Part shown: positions 1 to 9,688 of the stretch, piece after piece
Layout: every line of letters starts with the position of its first letter
Position numbering within the stretch: position 1 is the stretch's first letter
NCBI RefSeq assembly: GCF_024460475.1
Contig: NZ_JANFYN010000001.1
Span: forward strand, 20,946-52,945
Direction: 5' to 3'
DNA length: 32,000 nt
Source of the DNA: Holdemanella sp. MSK.7.32
GTDB taxonomy: Bacteria; Bacillota_I; Bacilli_A; Erysipelotrichales; Erysipelotrichaceae
Position numbers and translations under genes: made by a program
Notes under the pieces: model-generated
What the model saw: only the letters and a program-made list of their open reading frames with translations
What the model was told of the DNA's origin: nothing
The model's database searches: none

Positions 1-451
1 CTCCCAATCCAATGATTCCAATCAGGACAAGCATTTTGATGATCTTCGTCTGGTTTGCGTTCAATGAAGAACTTGTTCTACTGACATGTTTTTGAAACCA
101 TCCTAAAGATGATTTTTTCTTTTTCTTAGTCGTCTTTTTTGTCTTTTGAACACTCGCCATTTGTTCAACCATACGCCTTTGTGCCATAGTTAAAGCCATG
201 TCTCTTTGATGCGCAAATTCATTGACATCCACATCAACTTCATCTGAAATGGCCTGCCAATTTACGCCAATCGCATCCGAATAGGCATGCACAAAATAGC
301 GAACGAAAGATAGGTCATCGGAGAAAACATCAAGGTTGTGTTCTTCGATTGCTTGTATATATTGAGGCGCTAAACGCGTCTGATTTGAAACATCCTGAAT
401 GGAAAGTTTTAGATTTGTTCGACGTTCTTTTAAGATGTGATAATAAGCCAC
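1..451 (-). CDS. RodZ-like helix-turn-helix membrane protein, N-terminal part (partial, runs off window start)
   Basis: Not in the ORF track. The reverse complement of 1-451 is open in one frame from GTG at 451-449, with GGGGGAG 5 nt upstream. It translates as VAYYHILKERRTNLKLSIQDVSNQTRLAPQYIQAIEEHNL (HTH), then a KKTTKKKKK basic linker, then hydrophobic IIKMLVLIGIIGLG. This is the HTH-linker-TM layout of RodZ-like proteins. Confidence 0.55.
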   Translation of the reverse strand, partial: MAYYHILKERRTNLKLSIQDVSNQTRLAPQYIQAIEEHNLDVFSDDLSFVRYFVHAYSDAIGVNWQAISDEVDVDVNEFAHQRDMALTMAQRRMVEQMASVQKTKKTTKKKKKSSLGWFQKHVSRTSSSLNANQTKIIKMLVLIGIIGLG

Positions 452-529
452 TAAAACTCCCCCTTTGAAGTTTATTATAACAAATTCAAAGCAAGAATAC
501 CACGATGTGCTATAATTATTTACGAAAGG

Positions 530-1291
530 ATGAATGAAATGTCACAACTTAATTTTTCAATTGGAACATTTTCTCAATGCATGAGTTTCTCTCCACAAAA
601 TATTAAAATCGATAATTTTGAAGACTACACACTCTATTGTATTGACTGTGAAAATGTTCAACAATTTGACACAAACACGCTAAAAGCCACAAGTCCTAGC
701 GTCTTCTTTTTCTTTGGAAACTTTGAAAAAATAGGGCAAAAGTGCTGGCAGCAAATCTTTGCGATTGCGAAGGATTTCCCAAATTCTTATTGTTTCAATA
801 CACACCAAAGCCAAAAGAATTTTGCGGACATCTATTGCGCTACTTTACTTGGACAAATTGTTGCCAATATAGTCCCTAAAAAAATTCTTCTTGTCACAAA
901 TGATCAAGGATTTCAAGGTATTAAACAAGCCTTGTTGTTCCAAGGAAAAGATATCGACATTGAAATCTTACAGACAAGAGACCCGTTCTTGTTGCCTTTA
1001 AAGGAAGAAGCGCCTAAGTCTCAACCAAAACAGACACAAAAGCAAAAGAAACAAACAAATACCTCAAAGCCAAATGAAGCAAGTGATGAAGAGGTAATAG
1101 AAGCCTTAAAAAAATATCCAAAAATCAATACCCGCTATGCATCTATTGATGATTTAAGTAAGTATTTAATGCCCATCTTAGCAAACAAACAAAAGAAGTG
1201 TAAACTTTCCAAATGGATTGAGAGTGACTACGCAAAAAAAGTTGGGCGCTTTAAAAAAGACTCGAAAGGAAAATATTATAAATTAAAATGA
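530..1291 (+). CDS. hypothetical protein with possible NYN/LabA-like (PIN-like) N-terminal domain and K/Q-rich linker
   Basis: 253-aa ORF. YCIDCENV and ILLVTNDQGF resemble the D-x-E-N and xxDxxF motifs of NYN/LabA-like domains, followed by a lysine/glutamine-rich low-complexity linker. The stop overlaps the msrA start (ATGA). The function call is tentative. Confidence 0.6.
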   Translation: MNEMSQLNFSIGTFSQCMSFSPQNIKIDNFEDYTLYCIDCENVQQFDTNTLKATSPSVFFFFGNFEKIGQKCWQQIFAIAKDFPNSYCFNTHQSQKNFADIYCATLLGQIVANIVPKKILLVTNDQGFQGIKQALLFQGKDIDIEILQTRDPFLLPLKEEAPKSQPKQTQKQKKQTNTSKPNEASDEEVIEALKKYPKINTRYASIDDLSKYLMPILANKQKKCKLSKWIESDYAKKVGRFKKDSKGKYYKLK

Positions 1292-1782
1292 TAAAAACAA
1301 TATATTTAGCTGGAGGCTGCTTTTGGGGTGTGCAGCACTATTTCGATCAGTTTGATGGCATCTTAAATACAACTGTTGGTTATGCAAATGGTAAAACGCA
1401 AAATCCCAAATATAAAGATGTGAAAGCAGGACTTACAGGTCATGCAGAAACATTAGAAATCCAATATGATGACAACGTGATTTCACTTTCTAAGATTTTA
1501 GACTTATACTTTGACATTATTGATCCAGTATCCGTCAATCAACAAGGAGAAGATATTGGCATTTCCTATCGGACAGGCATTTATTATTTGGATGAGACCG
1601 ATCTAAAAACAATCCAAACGAAATACAAAGAAATTCAAGAGAAATATGATTTAGCTCTAGCGGTCGAAGTTGAACCATTAAGAAACTTTTTTAACGCAGA
1701 AGAATACCATCAAAAATACCTGGATAAAAATCCAGGTGCCTATTGTCACATTCCTGCATCAAAATTTAAGAAGGGACTTTAA
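1288..1782 (+). CDS. msrA: peptide-methionine (S)-S-oxide reductase MsrA
   Basis: 164 aa with the N-terminal GGCFWG active-site motif and length typical of MsrA. Confidence 0.95.
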   Translation: MIKTIYLAGGCFWGVQHYFDQFDGILNTTVGYANGKTQNPKYKDVKAGLTGHAETLEIQYDDNVISLSKILDLYFDIIDPVSVNQQGEDIGISYRTGIYYLDETDLKTIQTKYKEIQEKYDLALAVEVEPLRNFFNAEEYHQKYLDKNPGAYCHIPASKFKKGL

Positions 1783-3002
1783 TTAGCCCCTTCTTTTATT
1801 GTGCTTCCCGCAACATATCCTGTTGTCCAGGCAATCTGTAAATTGTATCCTCCCGTTTGCGCATCCAAATCCAATACTTCACCCACAAACTTTAAGCCTT
1901 TAATTTTCTTAGACTCCATTGTCTGAGGCTGAATCTGATTTGTCTTGATTCCACCTACAGTTATCATAGCCTGATCAAATCCGGCAAAACTAGACACTTC
2001 AAAATCTAAACATTTCAATAATTCACTAATACTTCTTCTCTGTACTTTTGTTGTTTCATTGGCTTTTAAAGAATCATCAATATTTAAACGATCCATGATA
2101 TATTGTACCAATCTCTTAGGAATCATCATTTCAAGTATGTGATTCAATTGTTTATTTGAAGAACGATTCATTCTTTCTAGTAAAAATGCATCCACTTCAT
2201 CAATTGATTTATCTGGAATTAAATCAAATATGATTTTGTCAGGTTCTTTATGAATCACATAGCTTGACATGGCCAAAATACCTGGTCCACTAAATCCTTC
2301 ATGCGTAAACAAAATGTCTCCCAATTGTTTATATAAAACTTTTTTATCTTTCTTTACTTGAATACCCACATTCTGCAAAGAAAGACCCGCTAAATCAAAG
2401 TTTTCTTTTGTCCGCAAAGAAACCAATCCAGGATATAAATCACTGACTTTGATATCTAATGTATTCGCCCATTTATATCCATCGCCACTACTTCCAGTCG
2501 ACACAAAAGACTTTCCACCTGTCGCAACAATTACTACATCAAACGAATACAAACCTTTATCTGTTTTGATTCCAACAACTTTATCTTCTTCAACCATTAA
2601 ATCTGTACATGCTTCATCCATATGTAGAATCACATTGTTTTTGCGTAATAATTCCACAAACAATAAAACAACATCCTGACTTGAATTCGAACCAGGAAAC
2701 ATACGCCCATGGTCTTCTTCAATGGTAGGTAAACCATTGGATTTTAAAAATTGGATCATATCCAAATTAGAGAATTGTGAGAAAGGACTATATAGAAATT
2801 TTTCATTATGCACAATATGCTTGAAAAATTCATCCTTTGAACAACTGTTTGTAACGTTACAACGTCCATGTCCTGTAAGTTGCAACTTCTTTCCTAATTG
2901 TTTATTTTTCTCAAACAACTCCACTTGGTGACCGACTAAGCTTGCGGTATAGGCAGCCATCAATCCAGATGGTCCTCCACCAATCACGCATACTTTTAAC
3001 AT
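1779..3002 (-). CDS. NAD(P)/FAD-dependent oxidoreductase, HI0933/YhiN (BaiN-like) family
   Basis: 407 aa with the N-terminal VIGGGPSG dinucleotide-binding motif. The family-typical length and C-terminal GGYNLQ region fit. The start overlaps the stop of the HAD gene. Confidence 0.88.
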   Translation of the reverse strand: MLKVCVIGGGPSGLMAAYTASLVGHQVELFEKNKQLGKKLQLTGHGRCNVTNSCSKDEFFKHIVHNEKFLYSPFSQFSNLDMIQFLKSNGLPTIEEDHGRMFPGSNSSQDVVLLFVELLRKNNVILHMDEACTDLMVEEDKVVGIKTDKGLYSFDVVIVATGGKSFVSTGSSGDGYKWANTLDIKVSDLYPGLVSLRTKENFDLAGLSLQNVGIQVKKDKKVLYKQLGDILFTHEGFSGPGILAMSSYVIHKEPDKIIFDLIPDKSIDEVDAFLLERMNRSSNKQLNHILEMMIPKRLVQYIMDRLNIDDSLKANETTKVQRRSISELLKCLDFEVSSFAGFDQAMITVGGIKTNQIQPQTMESKKIKGLKFVGEVLDLDAQTGGYNLQIAWTTGYVAGSTIKEGAN

Positions 3003-3805
3003 AAAATCCCACTTTCTTCTAAATAAATAGCTAACCCATCATGTTCATTATCCTGTTTTGTGATGGCATTGGCGCAAGCCTTTGTATCATCCGTACCATT
3101 GATCATACAAACACCACAACCTGCTACTTTTAACATGTCATTATCGTTGGATGTATCTCCAAAGGCCATAACATCCTTTATATCTAAATCATTTAGTTCG
3201 CATATTTTTTGTAGTCCATATCCCTTGTTGATTCTTTTATCACAAAATTCCAATAATGTGGATTGTGTTTTAAAACCATGATAATAAGGATTTGGATGCT
3301 CTTTTACCCAAGCTTCCGCTTTAGGCATATCCTCTTCTTTCATACGGAACATGATTTTTGCGTTTTCATGTGCATAGAAATCTTCTAATTTTACAATTTC
3401 CAATTCTTTATGCGATGTAGAAGCCGAATGAATCATCCAATCATCAATATGAACACAACGAATCTTTCCATCCCAATATATCATTGGGTTACATTTAACA
3501 ACATTCATGATTTCCATGGTTTCTTTTAGCCATTCCTTTTTCATCATAAAATAGCTATAAAATTTTTGATGCATACCATCCCAAAGTTCTGCACCATTCA
3601 TCCCTACCACAAAATCAAAGTCAAAAGGTAGATTCCAATACTCTTTATTGCGTTTTAATTCATCGGCTGGACGTCCTGAGGCAATCCCAAAATAAATCCC
3701 TTTTTCATGAAGCTTGATCAAAGCTTCTTTTGTCCTCGGTGTTAATTCTTTCTTTTCATTGACTAATGTGGCATCAATGTCACAAATCACTAATTTTGTC
3801 ATCAC
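2996..3805 (-). CDS. Cof-type HAD-IIB family hydrolase (sugar phosphatase-like)
   Basis: 269 aa with HAD motif I (CDIDATL) and motif IV (GDTSNDNDML), plus a Cof-type cap between them. Confidence 0.9.
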   Translation of the reverse strand: MMTKLVICDIDATLVNEKKELTPRTKEALIKLHEKGIYFGIASGRPADELKRNKEYWNLPFDFDFVVGMNGAELWDGMHQKFYSYFMMKKEWLKETMEIMNVVKCNPMIYWDGKIRCVHIDDWMIHSASTSHKELEIVKLEDFYAHENAKIMFRMKEEDMPKAEAWVKEHPNPYYHGFKTQSTLLEFCDKRINKGYGLQKICELNDLDIKDVMAFGDTSNDNDMLKVAGCGVCMINGTDDTKACANAITKQDNEHDGLAIYLEESGILC

Positions 3806-4677
3806 TTTAAATCCTCCAATTCATAAGTAAATCCTTCTCCATCGACTTCATGAACACTATTTACAATAATAAAAGCTCTTGGATCTAACTGCATGATTTC
3901 GTGTTCTAAATTCGAATACATTTTTTGTGGAATTACAATCATCAATACAGGTTTGGATTCATTTGTATATCCACCCTTACCTTCTAAAATTGTAACACCA
4001 CGCTCCATATTGTTTAATACATGATTTTTAATATCAAACCATTTATCTGAAATAACCATACAGTTGATTGCCGTACTTGAACCAATCAAAATTGTTTTAT
4101 CAATCGCAAAACCAGATGTGAATACAGATAAAACTCCAATCAAGGCTGGTTCTACACCATACGTAGACATTCCCAACAATACAGTTAGAGCATCAATGAT
4201 CATTACTGAATTTCCTGAAGAAATATGAGTATACTTATGAATCAACAAGGCTGGAATATCCATACCTCCAGTACTTGCGTTCACTCTAAAGCATAGACCT
4301 AAGCCAATTCCCGAAATCAATCCACAATAAATACTTGCCAACATGGGTTGCATGACAAATGTGTCTTTGGGAAATAAAGTTGTCACATATGTTAGTAATG
4401 AGACAAAAAATGAATAACTAAATGTTGAAATCAATGATTTCAGTGCAAATGCCTTCCCCAAAAAAATTGCACCAACAACGTAGAGTCCAATCATCAATAT
4501 GTTGATCAGCCATACGGATGGTACAAATGGTAATAATGGTTTTAATGCCACGGCAACACCGGCTACGCCTCCGGTTAATGTATTATTTGGTAAAACAAAA
4601 AAAGCAACTGATATTGCCACCATAAAATTCCCTAATAAAACAACCAATACATCTTTTACATAATTTGTTTTTTTCAT
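3802..4677 (-). CDS. YitT-family membrane protein (DUF2179 C-terminal domain)
   Basis: Multi-pass hydrophobic N-terminal region plus a soluble C-terminal domain typical of YitT. The ORF track starts at 4698. I prefer ATG 4677 (MKKTNY) because GGGAGG lies 5 nt upstream. Confidence 0.8.
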   Translation of the reverse strand: MKKTNYVKDVLVVLLGNFMVAISVAFFVLPNNTLTGGVAGVAVALKPLLPFVPSVWLINILMIGLYVVGAIFLGKAFALKSLISTFSYSFFVSLLTYVTTLFPKDTFVMQPMLASIYCGLISGIGLGLCFRVNASTGGMDIPALLIHKYTHISSGNSVMIIDALTVLLGMSTYGVEPALIGVLSVFTSGFAIDKTILIGSSTAINCMVISDKWFDIKNHVLNNMERGVTILEGKGGYTNESKPVLMIVIPQKMYSNLEHEIMQLDPRAFIIVNSVHEVDGEGFTYELEDLK

Positions 4678-4731
4678 AAAAGCCTCCCAAAACGACATCT
4701 ATATTCTACCAAAAAAGAACTCTTTATGAAA

Positions 4732-4759
4732 CAAAAGAAAAAAGCTGGAAATCCAGCTT
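4732..4759 (-). terminator. rho-independent terminator after the MarR gene
   Basis: Minus strand reads AAGCTGG-ATTT-CCAGCTT (7-bp stem, 4-nt loop) followed by TTTTCTTTTG. Confidence 0.65.
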
Positions 4760-4763
4760 ATCT

Positions 4764-5186
4764 TTACAACATTTCTTTTGCGGTTTGCGTAATCAAATCA
4801 AACAGTTCAATCACTTCTGGTTGTTTTTCATAGCCAATCTTATCAAACAACTGATCTACGATTTCTAATATTTTCTCATGTTGAGCTTTATAAATCTTAA
4901 TCATTGAATCATTTAATGTAATATAGATTTTTCGATTGTCATCCTCACTACGAATACGTGTAATCAACTTCTTTTTTTCCATACTTGTAAGCGTACGATT
5001 CATCTGCGATTTTTGCATGCGCATATAGTTGCATAAATCCGTTGCGGTTACATTTATATCTTGATTTTGATATAAATAACGACAAATCATCGACTCATTG
5101 TAAGGAAGATCTGGAGTAATTCTCTCATTATTAATAACGGTTGTCATTTGAAGCCACGCTTCTAATACTTGTTCATTCTGTTTCAT
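4764..5186 (-). CDS. MarR-family transcriptional regulator
   Basis: 140 aa. A winged-helix region (TATDLCNYMRMQKSQMNRTLTSMEKKKLITR) and size are typical of MarR. It lies immediately downstream of the hydrolase gene in the same operon. Confidence 0.85.
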   Translation of the reverse strand: MKQNEQVLEAWLQMTTVINNERITPDLPYNESMICRYLYQNQDINVTATDLCNYMRMQKSQMNRTLTSMEKKKLITRIRSEDDNRKIYITLNDSMIKIYKAQHEKILEIVDQLFDKIGYEKQPEVIELFDLITQTAKEML

Positions 5187-5190
5187 AGCT

Positions 5191-6252
5191 TTATTCTAGC
5201 ACAGAAATTGTGTATTTCGCATCATAATTTTGATTCACACAAACCGTTACCTTTTTATTCTTTAAATCATATACACAAGACCACTGTGTCTTTGAGATTT
5301 TTCCCTGATTATTCTTATGTTCATCTTGTGAACAATCGGATAGAAGCTGCATAGCCTCACGATTGGATAGTTTTCCATTTGTGGAACTTAATTTTTCATC
5401 AATAATTTGGTAGCGGTCTTGACCAAAATTAAATTCTGCATCTGGATTTGTAAGTAAGAAATTCGTAGCACACTGATAATTCTTATCCGGATATACAACC
5501 TTCATTTCATTATCCACATATTCTACGACAACACTCTTTCCAGAAGCATCACAAATTTGGAAGTGATAACAACTATTCGCACTTGAATGCATGTCATGAG
5601 AAGATAATAATTCTAACGCTTCATCCACATTCTTTGCCTTATCTAACATCATTCGAATGGCTGTTGTTGTTGTGATATCCACCTTTTTTGTATTCTGATT
5701 TGTTGGTTTTGTATCAATCAACAATACACCAACCGCTAATCCTTTTTCATTCATGCCATCTAATGGTGCATAAGGTGCTGCCAAAGTCACTAATGAATCC
5801 TTTAATGTATCTGGTAAATATTTTTCATTATATCCTACAAAGCCTAAATTCACCATAGATACAGAGGCATACCCATTTTTAGGTTTCGTCTTCACTAATA
5901 CACTTGGCGAATAATCCATATCAAAGTTGCGTCCAAACAGATATCCTGAATCTTTATTTTGTGCAATAAATGTAGAACAACCTAAATCTGGAATCTTAAT
6001 ACTTAATGGTAACCCCTTCATTACATGATTCACCACAAATTCAACAAGCTCTTTATCATTGCTTGCACCTTTTTCTAAAAACTCATCCAATCCATAATCC
6101 GCACTATAATCCATTGTATACATTGGATAAGCATCAATTTTTTTTAATGATTTTAATGAGCTATATTCATTGTGAAACAAACAAACAATTCCTATTCCAC
6201 AAATCAATAATAAACATAATATAGTAATTCCTATTTTCTTTAATAATTTCAT
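5191..6252 (-). CDS. secreted/membrane-anchored Ntn-type linear amide C-N hydrolase (choloylglycine hydrolase / C45-like family)
   Basis: 353 aa with an N-terminal signal anchor (ITILCLLLICGIGIVC). A candidate nucleophile Cys sits in DLGCSTFIAQN, followed by the FGRNFD motif typical of the family. The RBS is AAAGGAG. Confidence 0.7.
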   Translation of the reverse strand: MKLLKKIGITILCLLLICGIGIVCLFHNEYSSLKSLKKIDAYPMYTMDYSADYGLDEFLEKGASNDKELVEFVVNHVMKGLPLSIKIPDLGCSTFIAQNKDSGYLFGRNFDMDYSPSVLVKTKPKNGYASVSMVNLGFVGYNEKYLPDTLKDSLVTLAAPYAPLDGMNEKGLAVGVLLIDTKPTNQNTKKVDITTTTAIRMMLDKAKNVDEALELLSSHDMHSSANSCYHFQICDASGKSVVVEYVDNEMKVVYPDKNYQCATNFLLTNPDAEFNFGQDRYQIIDEKLSSTNGKLSNREAMQLLSDCSQDEHKNNQGKISKTQWSCVYDLKNKKVTVCVNQNYDAKYTISVLE

Positions 6253-6263
6253 ACATACTCCTT

Positions 6264-6282
6264 TAGTTCATTTAGTGAACTA
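6264..6282 (-). promoter_or_regulatory. palindromic operator candidate (TAGTTCA-N5-TGAACTA) for the downstream MarR
   Basis: Perfect 7-bp inverted repeat between the predicted -10 box and the RBS of the hydrolase-MarR operon. Confidence 0.45.
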
Positions 6283-6286
6283 TTAA

Positions 6287-6314
6287 AGTATACAATATTA
6301 GTTTACATTGTCAA
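6287..6314 (-). promoter_or_regulatory. sigma-70-type promoter of the hydrolase-MarR operon
   Basis: Minus strand reads TTGACA (6314-6309), a 16-nt spacer, then TATACT (6292-6287). Confidence 0.55.
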
Positions 6315-6318
6315 CCAT

Positions 6319-6347
6319 AAAAAATAGAGATGAATTAATCATCTCTA
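6319..6347 (-). terminator. rho-independent terminator of the BI-1 gene (stop codon inside the loop)
   Basis: Minus strand has a 9-bp stem TAGAGATGA/TCATCTCTA with a 5-nt loop, followed by TTTTTT. Confidence 0.65.
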
Positions 6348-7006
6348 CGTCCTAATAATCGTAAAATGTATAAGAAAATATTCAAGAAATCTAAATAAAG
6401 CTGTAACGCCATATAAATCGATATCTTTTCATCTTCATACCCATTCAACATATAATTCATTTTTTGTATGTCCCAAGCTGTAAGTCCGGTAAATAATAAT
6501 AGGCCAATCACGCTCCATAAGCGTACATCCATACTAACTCTAAATAGCATGAAGAAAAATTGACTAAAGATCATCGCAATCAAACCAATCAAACAAATGT
6601 TTCCCACTTTACTAAGATCCATTTTAGTCGTCTTTCCAATAATAGCTAAACATGCAAAGTAGATAGCGCTAATGCCAAAGGCAGCTGCAATCTGTCCAGC
6701 ACTATATACATAAGCCAATGATGTCATATTGATTCCCATTGTAAGTGAATACACAATAAACATCGTCTTTATCGTAGAAGCGGGTGTATTACGTGATAAT
6801 TGACGTCCCATTGAAATCGTTAACGAAATTTGTACTATGAATAATAATAGTGAAATCATGGGAATCTGAATAATAAGCATGAATATGCCTGAAGCATACA
6901 ACAAGGCCGAAGTGATTGCCGTAATTCCAAGACCTACCATCATCCAGCTGTATACTTTATATAATGAATTTGTACTTACTGAGTTTGAATAATTGTTTGT
7001 ATACAT
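6335..7006 (-). CDS. Bax inhibitor-1/YccA family membrane protein
   Basis: 223 aa with seven hydrophobic segments and the family-typical C-terminus (LQLYLDFLNIFLYILRLLG). The RBS is AGGAGG. Confidence 0.9.
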   Translation of the reverse strand: MYTNNYSNSVSTNSLYKVYSWMMVGLGITAITSALLYASGIFMLIIQIPMISLLLFIVQISLTISMGRQLSRNTPASTIKTMFIVYSLTMGINMTSLAYVYSAGQIAAAFGISAIYFACLAIIGKTTKMDLSKVGNICLIGLIAMIFSQFFFMLFRVSMDVRLWSVIGLLLFTGLTAWDIQKMNYMLNGYEDEKISIYMALQLYLDFLNIFLYILRLLGRRDD

Positions 7007-7169
7007 AAATATATTTACCTCCTATTTTTAGAGTATTTTATGTTTTTTACATATACATTACAATGTACAACTTAGACAAAATGACTATTCAATTAACCAA
7101 GTCTTCAAAATTTAACCTTTAAAAGCTTTTATTTTTTTCAAAAATAAAAGAATGTATTTCTACACTCTC

Positions 7170-7364
7170 TTACTTAATATCCAATTCAATAGGCTCATCC
7201 ATCGTATCACTGACGTATTTGCCATTCTTTTTTCTTTGTTTCACGCACTCTGTCAACAAGTATTCAATTTGTCCATTGACACTGCGAAAATCATCTTCTG
7301 CCCATGAAGCGATTTGATCATACAATTTTTTTGAAAGACGCAAAGGAATCTGTTTCTTTTCCAT
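7170..7364 (-). CDS. Arc-like ribbon-helix-helix DNA-binding protein
   Basis: 64 aa. The N-terminal IPLRLSKKLYDQIASWAEDDFRSVNGQIEYLL fits the Arc/MetJ RHH pattern. The start overlaps the SPFH stop (TAATG). Confidence 0.65.
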   Translation of the reverse strand: MEKKQIPLRLSKKLYDQIASWAEDDFRSVNGQIEYLLTECVKQRKKNGKYVSDTMDEPIELDIK

Positions 7365-8362
7365 TAGTAAAGACTGCCAGAATTTACAACTGGCTGCGCA
7401 TCATGGTTTCCACAAAGTACGACTAACAAGTTAGAAACCATAGCCGCTTTCCTTTCTTCATCCAATTCTACAACCCCATTTTCATTTAAACGATCCAATG
7501 CCATTTCAACCATACCAACAGCTCCATCCACAATCATCTTACGTGCATCAATAATCGCACTTGCCTGTTGTCTTTGAAGCATAACGGCTGCAATTTCTGG
7601 TGCATATGCCAAATATGTGATTCTTGCCTCAATGATTTCAAGACCTGCATCTTTTACTTTACTTTGAATTTCATCACGAATTCTAGAAGCAACCACTTCA
7701 CTAGAACCTCTAAGACTTCCTTCATCGGCAATACCATCACCTGTTGTATCTACATTTTCAGCGACATCATAAGGATAAATACGAACAATATTTCTTAATG
7801 CACTATCGCATTGTAAAGAAAGATATTCCTTATAGTTATCTACATTAAATACAGCTTTTGCGGTATCTGTAACACGCCACATCACGGCAATTCCAATCTC
7901 AACAGGATTTCCTAAACAATCATTGATTTTTTGACGATTGTTGTTTAAAGTCATGATTTTCAAAGATACTTTTTTCGAAGCTATTTCTGCCGTTCCATTA
8001 TTTTGTGCCTGAAAAATACTCTTCTTAGACCCATCATCCACATCTCCACTTTGATTTAGTTTTGTCTTTGCGGCAGGATTGACAGCCTGACAAAAAGGAT
8101 TGACATAATAGAATCCAGCATCCTTTAAAGTACCCACATATTTACCAAATAACGTTAAAACCAAGGCTTCTTGTGGCTTTAATACTTTTAAACCAAGAAA
8201 TGGAATCCAACCAATACATAGCCATACAAGACCAACAATAAATAAAGGCCAAATTAATGCTGCCCCAAGTATTGTCATCAATAAAGCTACAAGATATAAA
8301 ACAATCCACAATATCATCATGGCCATGCCATTCTTTTTGTTGCTTAAAACTTTTTCTGTCAT
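7364..8362 (-). CDS. SPFH/Band 7 domain membrane protein
   Basis: 332 aa with two N-terminal TM helices, then an SPFH-like core and a coiled-coil/Ala-rich region ([20 protein letters not shown]). The RBS is AGGAGGTG. Confidence 0.88.
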   Translation of the reverse strand: MTEKVLSNKKNGMAMMILWIVLYLVALLMTILGAALIWPLFIVGLVWLCIGWIPFLGLKVLKPQEALVLTLFGKYVGTLKDAGFYYVNPFCQAVNPAAKTKLNQSGDVDDGSKKSIFQAQNNGTAEIASKKVSLKIMTLNNNRQKINDCLGNPVEIGIAVMWRVTDTAKAVFNVDNYKEYLSLQCDSALRNIVRIYPYDVAENVDTTGDGIADEGSLRGSSEVVASRIRDEIQSKVKDAGLEIIEARITYLAYAPEIAAVMLQRQQASAIIDARKMIVDGAVGMVEMALDRLNENGVVELDEERKAAMVSNLLVVLCGNHDAQPVVNSGSLY

Positions 8363-8413
8363 ATAAGCACCTCCTGATACTCTTATGATATCATTTTGAT
8401 ATCTATTGTCAAT

Positions 8414-8438
8414 AAAAAAAGATGGAAAATCCCATCCT
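8414..8438 (-). terminator. probable rho-independent terminator after aroD
   Basis: Minus strand reads GATGG-GATTTT-CCATC followed by TTTTTTT. The stem is short. Confidence 0.5.
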
Positions 8439-8443
8439 ATAAA

Positions 8444-9205
8444 TTATAGACTCTTGTGTAAAGTTTCAAGAATTATCTTAAGATCATTTACACCCATTTG
8501 ACCCGGAGCACTTGCCTTTTTAGCAGCACCAAATGTCAAACAAGAACCAAATACTTCACCAGCTAAACGAGAAATTACTCCCGTAGCTGCCATTGACATA
8601 GTGATGATTGGACGATTGGCATGTTCTTCTACCATTTCATTTGTAGCTGATAATAATGTCAATACATCCTTTTTTGATTGAGGCATAACTGCAATCTTAG
8701 GAATGTCTGCACCCTTTTCTTGCATAGCACACAAACGAGAAATGATTTCTTCTTTAGATGGTGTTTTAAAGAAGTCATGGTTCGACATGATTACTTTTAC
8801 TCCATTTTCATGAGCTGTCGTTACAATCGTTTCAACTTCCTTATCTCCTGTATACAATTCAACATCGACTGCATCTACATAACCGCTTTTGGCAACTGCA
8901 CAGTTTAATTCCACATAATATTCAGTAGATACTTCTAATTCTCCACCTTCTTTTTTAGAACGGAAAGTAGCTAAGACTGGAGTTCCTTTAAATACTTCAC
9001 GTAATTCATTAGCCATTTCTACTACAGATGCAGTATTTTCAACTCCTTCAAACCAATCCATACGCCATTCAATAATATCAGCTGGTGTATCAAGAATGAT
9101 TTTAGCTTGTTCTAAAACATCTTCTTTACTCTTTCCACAAATAGGAACACAAATCTTTGGTACGCCTGCACCAAATTCAACATTTTTCATTGTTACTGTA
9201 TTCAT
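8444..9205 (-). CDS. aroD: type I 3-dehydroquinate dehydratase
   Basis: 253 aa. IEWRMD, ATFRSKKEGGE, the MSNHDF catalytic-His context and the AVMP catalytic-Lys context (IPKIAVMPQ) are typical of type I AroD. Confidence 0.93.
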   Translation of the reverse strand: MNTVTMKNVEFGAGVPKICVPICGKSKEDVLEQAKIILDTPADIIEWRMDWFEGVENTASVVEMANELREVFKGTPVLATFRSKKEGGELEVSTEYYVELNCAVAKSGYVDAVDVELYTGDKEVETIVTTAHENGVKVIMSNHDFFKTPSKEEIISRLCAMQEKGADIPKIAVMPQSKKDVLTLLSATNEMVEEHANRPIITMSMAATGVISRLAGEVFGSCLTFGAAKKASAPGQMGVNDLKIILETLHKSL

Positions 9206-9614
9206 TTTTTTATTCTCCTTTATTCATATTTTTTGTATACGCATCAACTGACTACTCCTCACCACAAGCAGTGAGGGTTCTTTGCTGACAACATTATGCA
9301 GCAATCATACATTATTTTCAAACTTTGGATTCCTATCTTTCTGTTGAAGCAGTGAACTCTACAGTCAAGCACTACATTTAGCACATAGATTGGATAAAAT
9401 CCACTTCTTCTTTCCTTTTTTGATAGTTCCATCCTCATTATAGTTGCCTGGATTCATAGCTCTACGACTTCTGTCCATTTTCATTTAAAGAAATTAAAGA
9501 TAAACAACCCACAAAAGAAACGTATCATTTATATGGCAAACATCAAAAACAGATATATGCTTCCTGCTGCGCATTCATTCTGTAATTTCATTGTCCAAAA
9601 CTCCAATATTGACT

Positions 9615-9645
9615 AAAAGAAGAGATCAAGTCGGTCTCTTCTTTT
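9615..9645. terminator. AT-rich 11-bp hairpin, possible bidirectional terminator
   Basis: AAAAGAAGAGA-N9-TCTCTTCTTTT is a perfect stem. It is T-rich on both sides and lies downstream of the disrupted small ORF. Confidence 0.4.
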
Positions 9646-9688
9646 AGTTTTCATATTGAATATAGTTTCTTAAGAAAGCAATGCCAGC

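Noticed and set aside
9481-9528. Phe-rich mini-ORF (MIRFFCGLFIFNFFK) as a second aromatic leader peptide, for aroD
   Set aside because: It has no SD, and no terminator or antiterminator structure lies between it and aroD (~275 nt away). T-rich DNA gives Phe codons by chance. It is kept only as a note inside the gap finding.
9206-9650. T-box or other known riboswitch upstream of aroD
   Set aside because: I could not find the T-box core (GGTGGNACCGCG-like) or other recognisable riboswitch cores on the minus strand. This needs an Infernal scan to settle.
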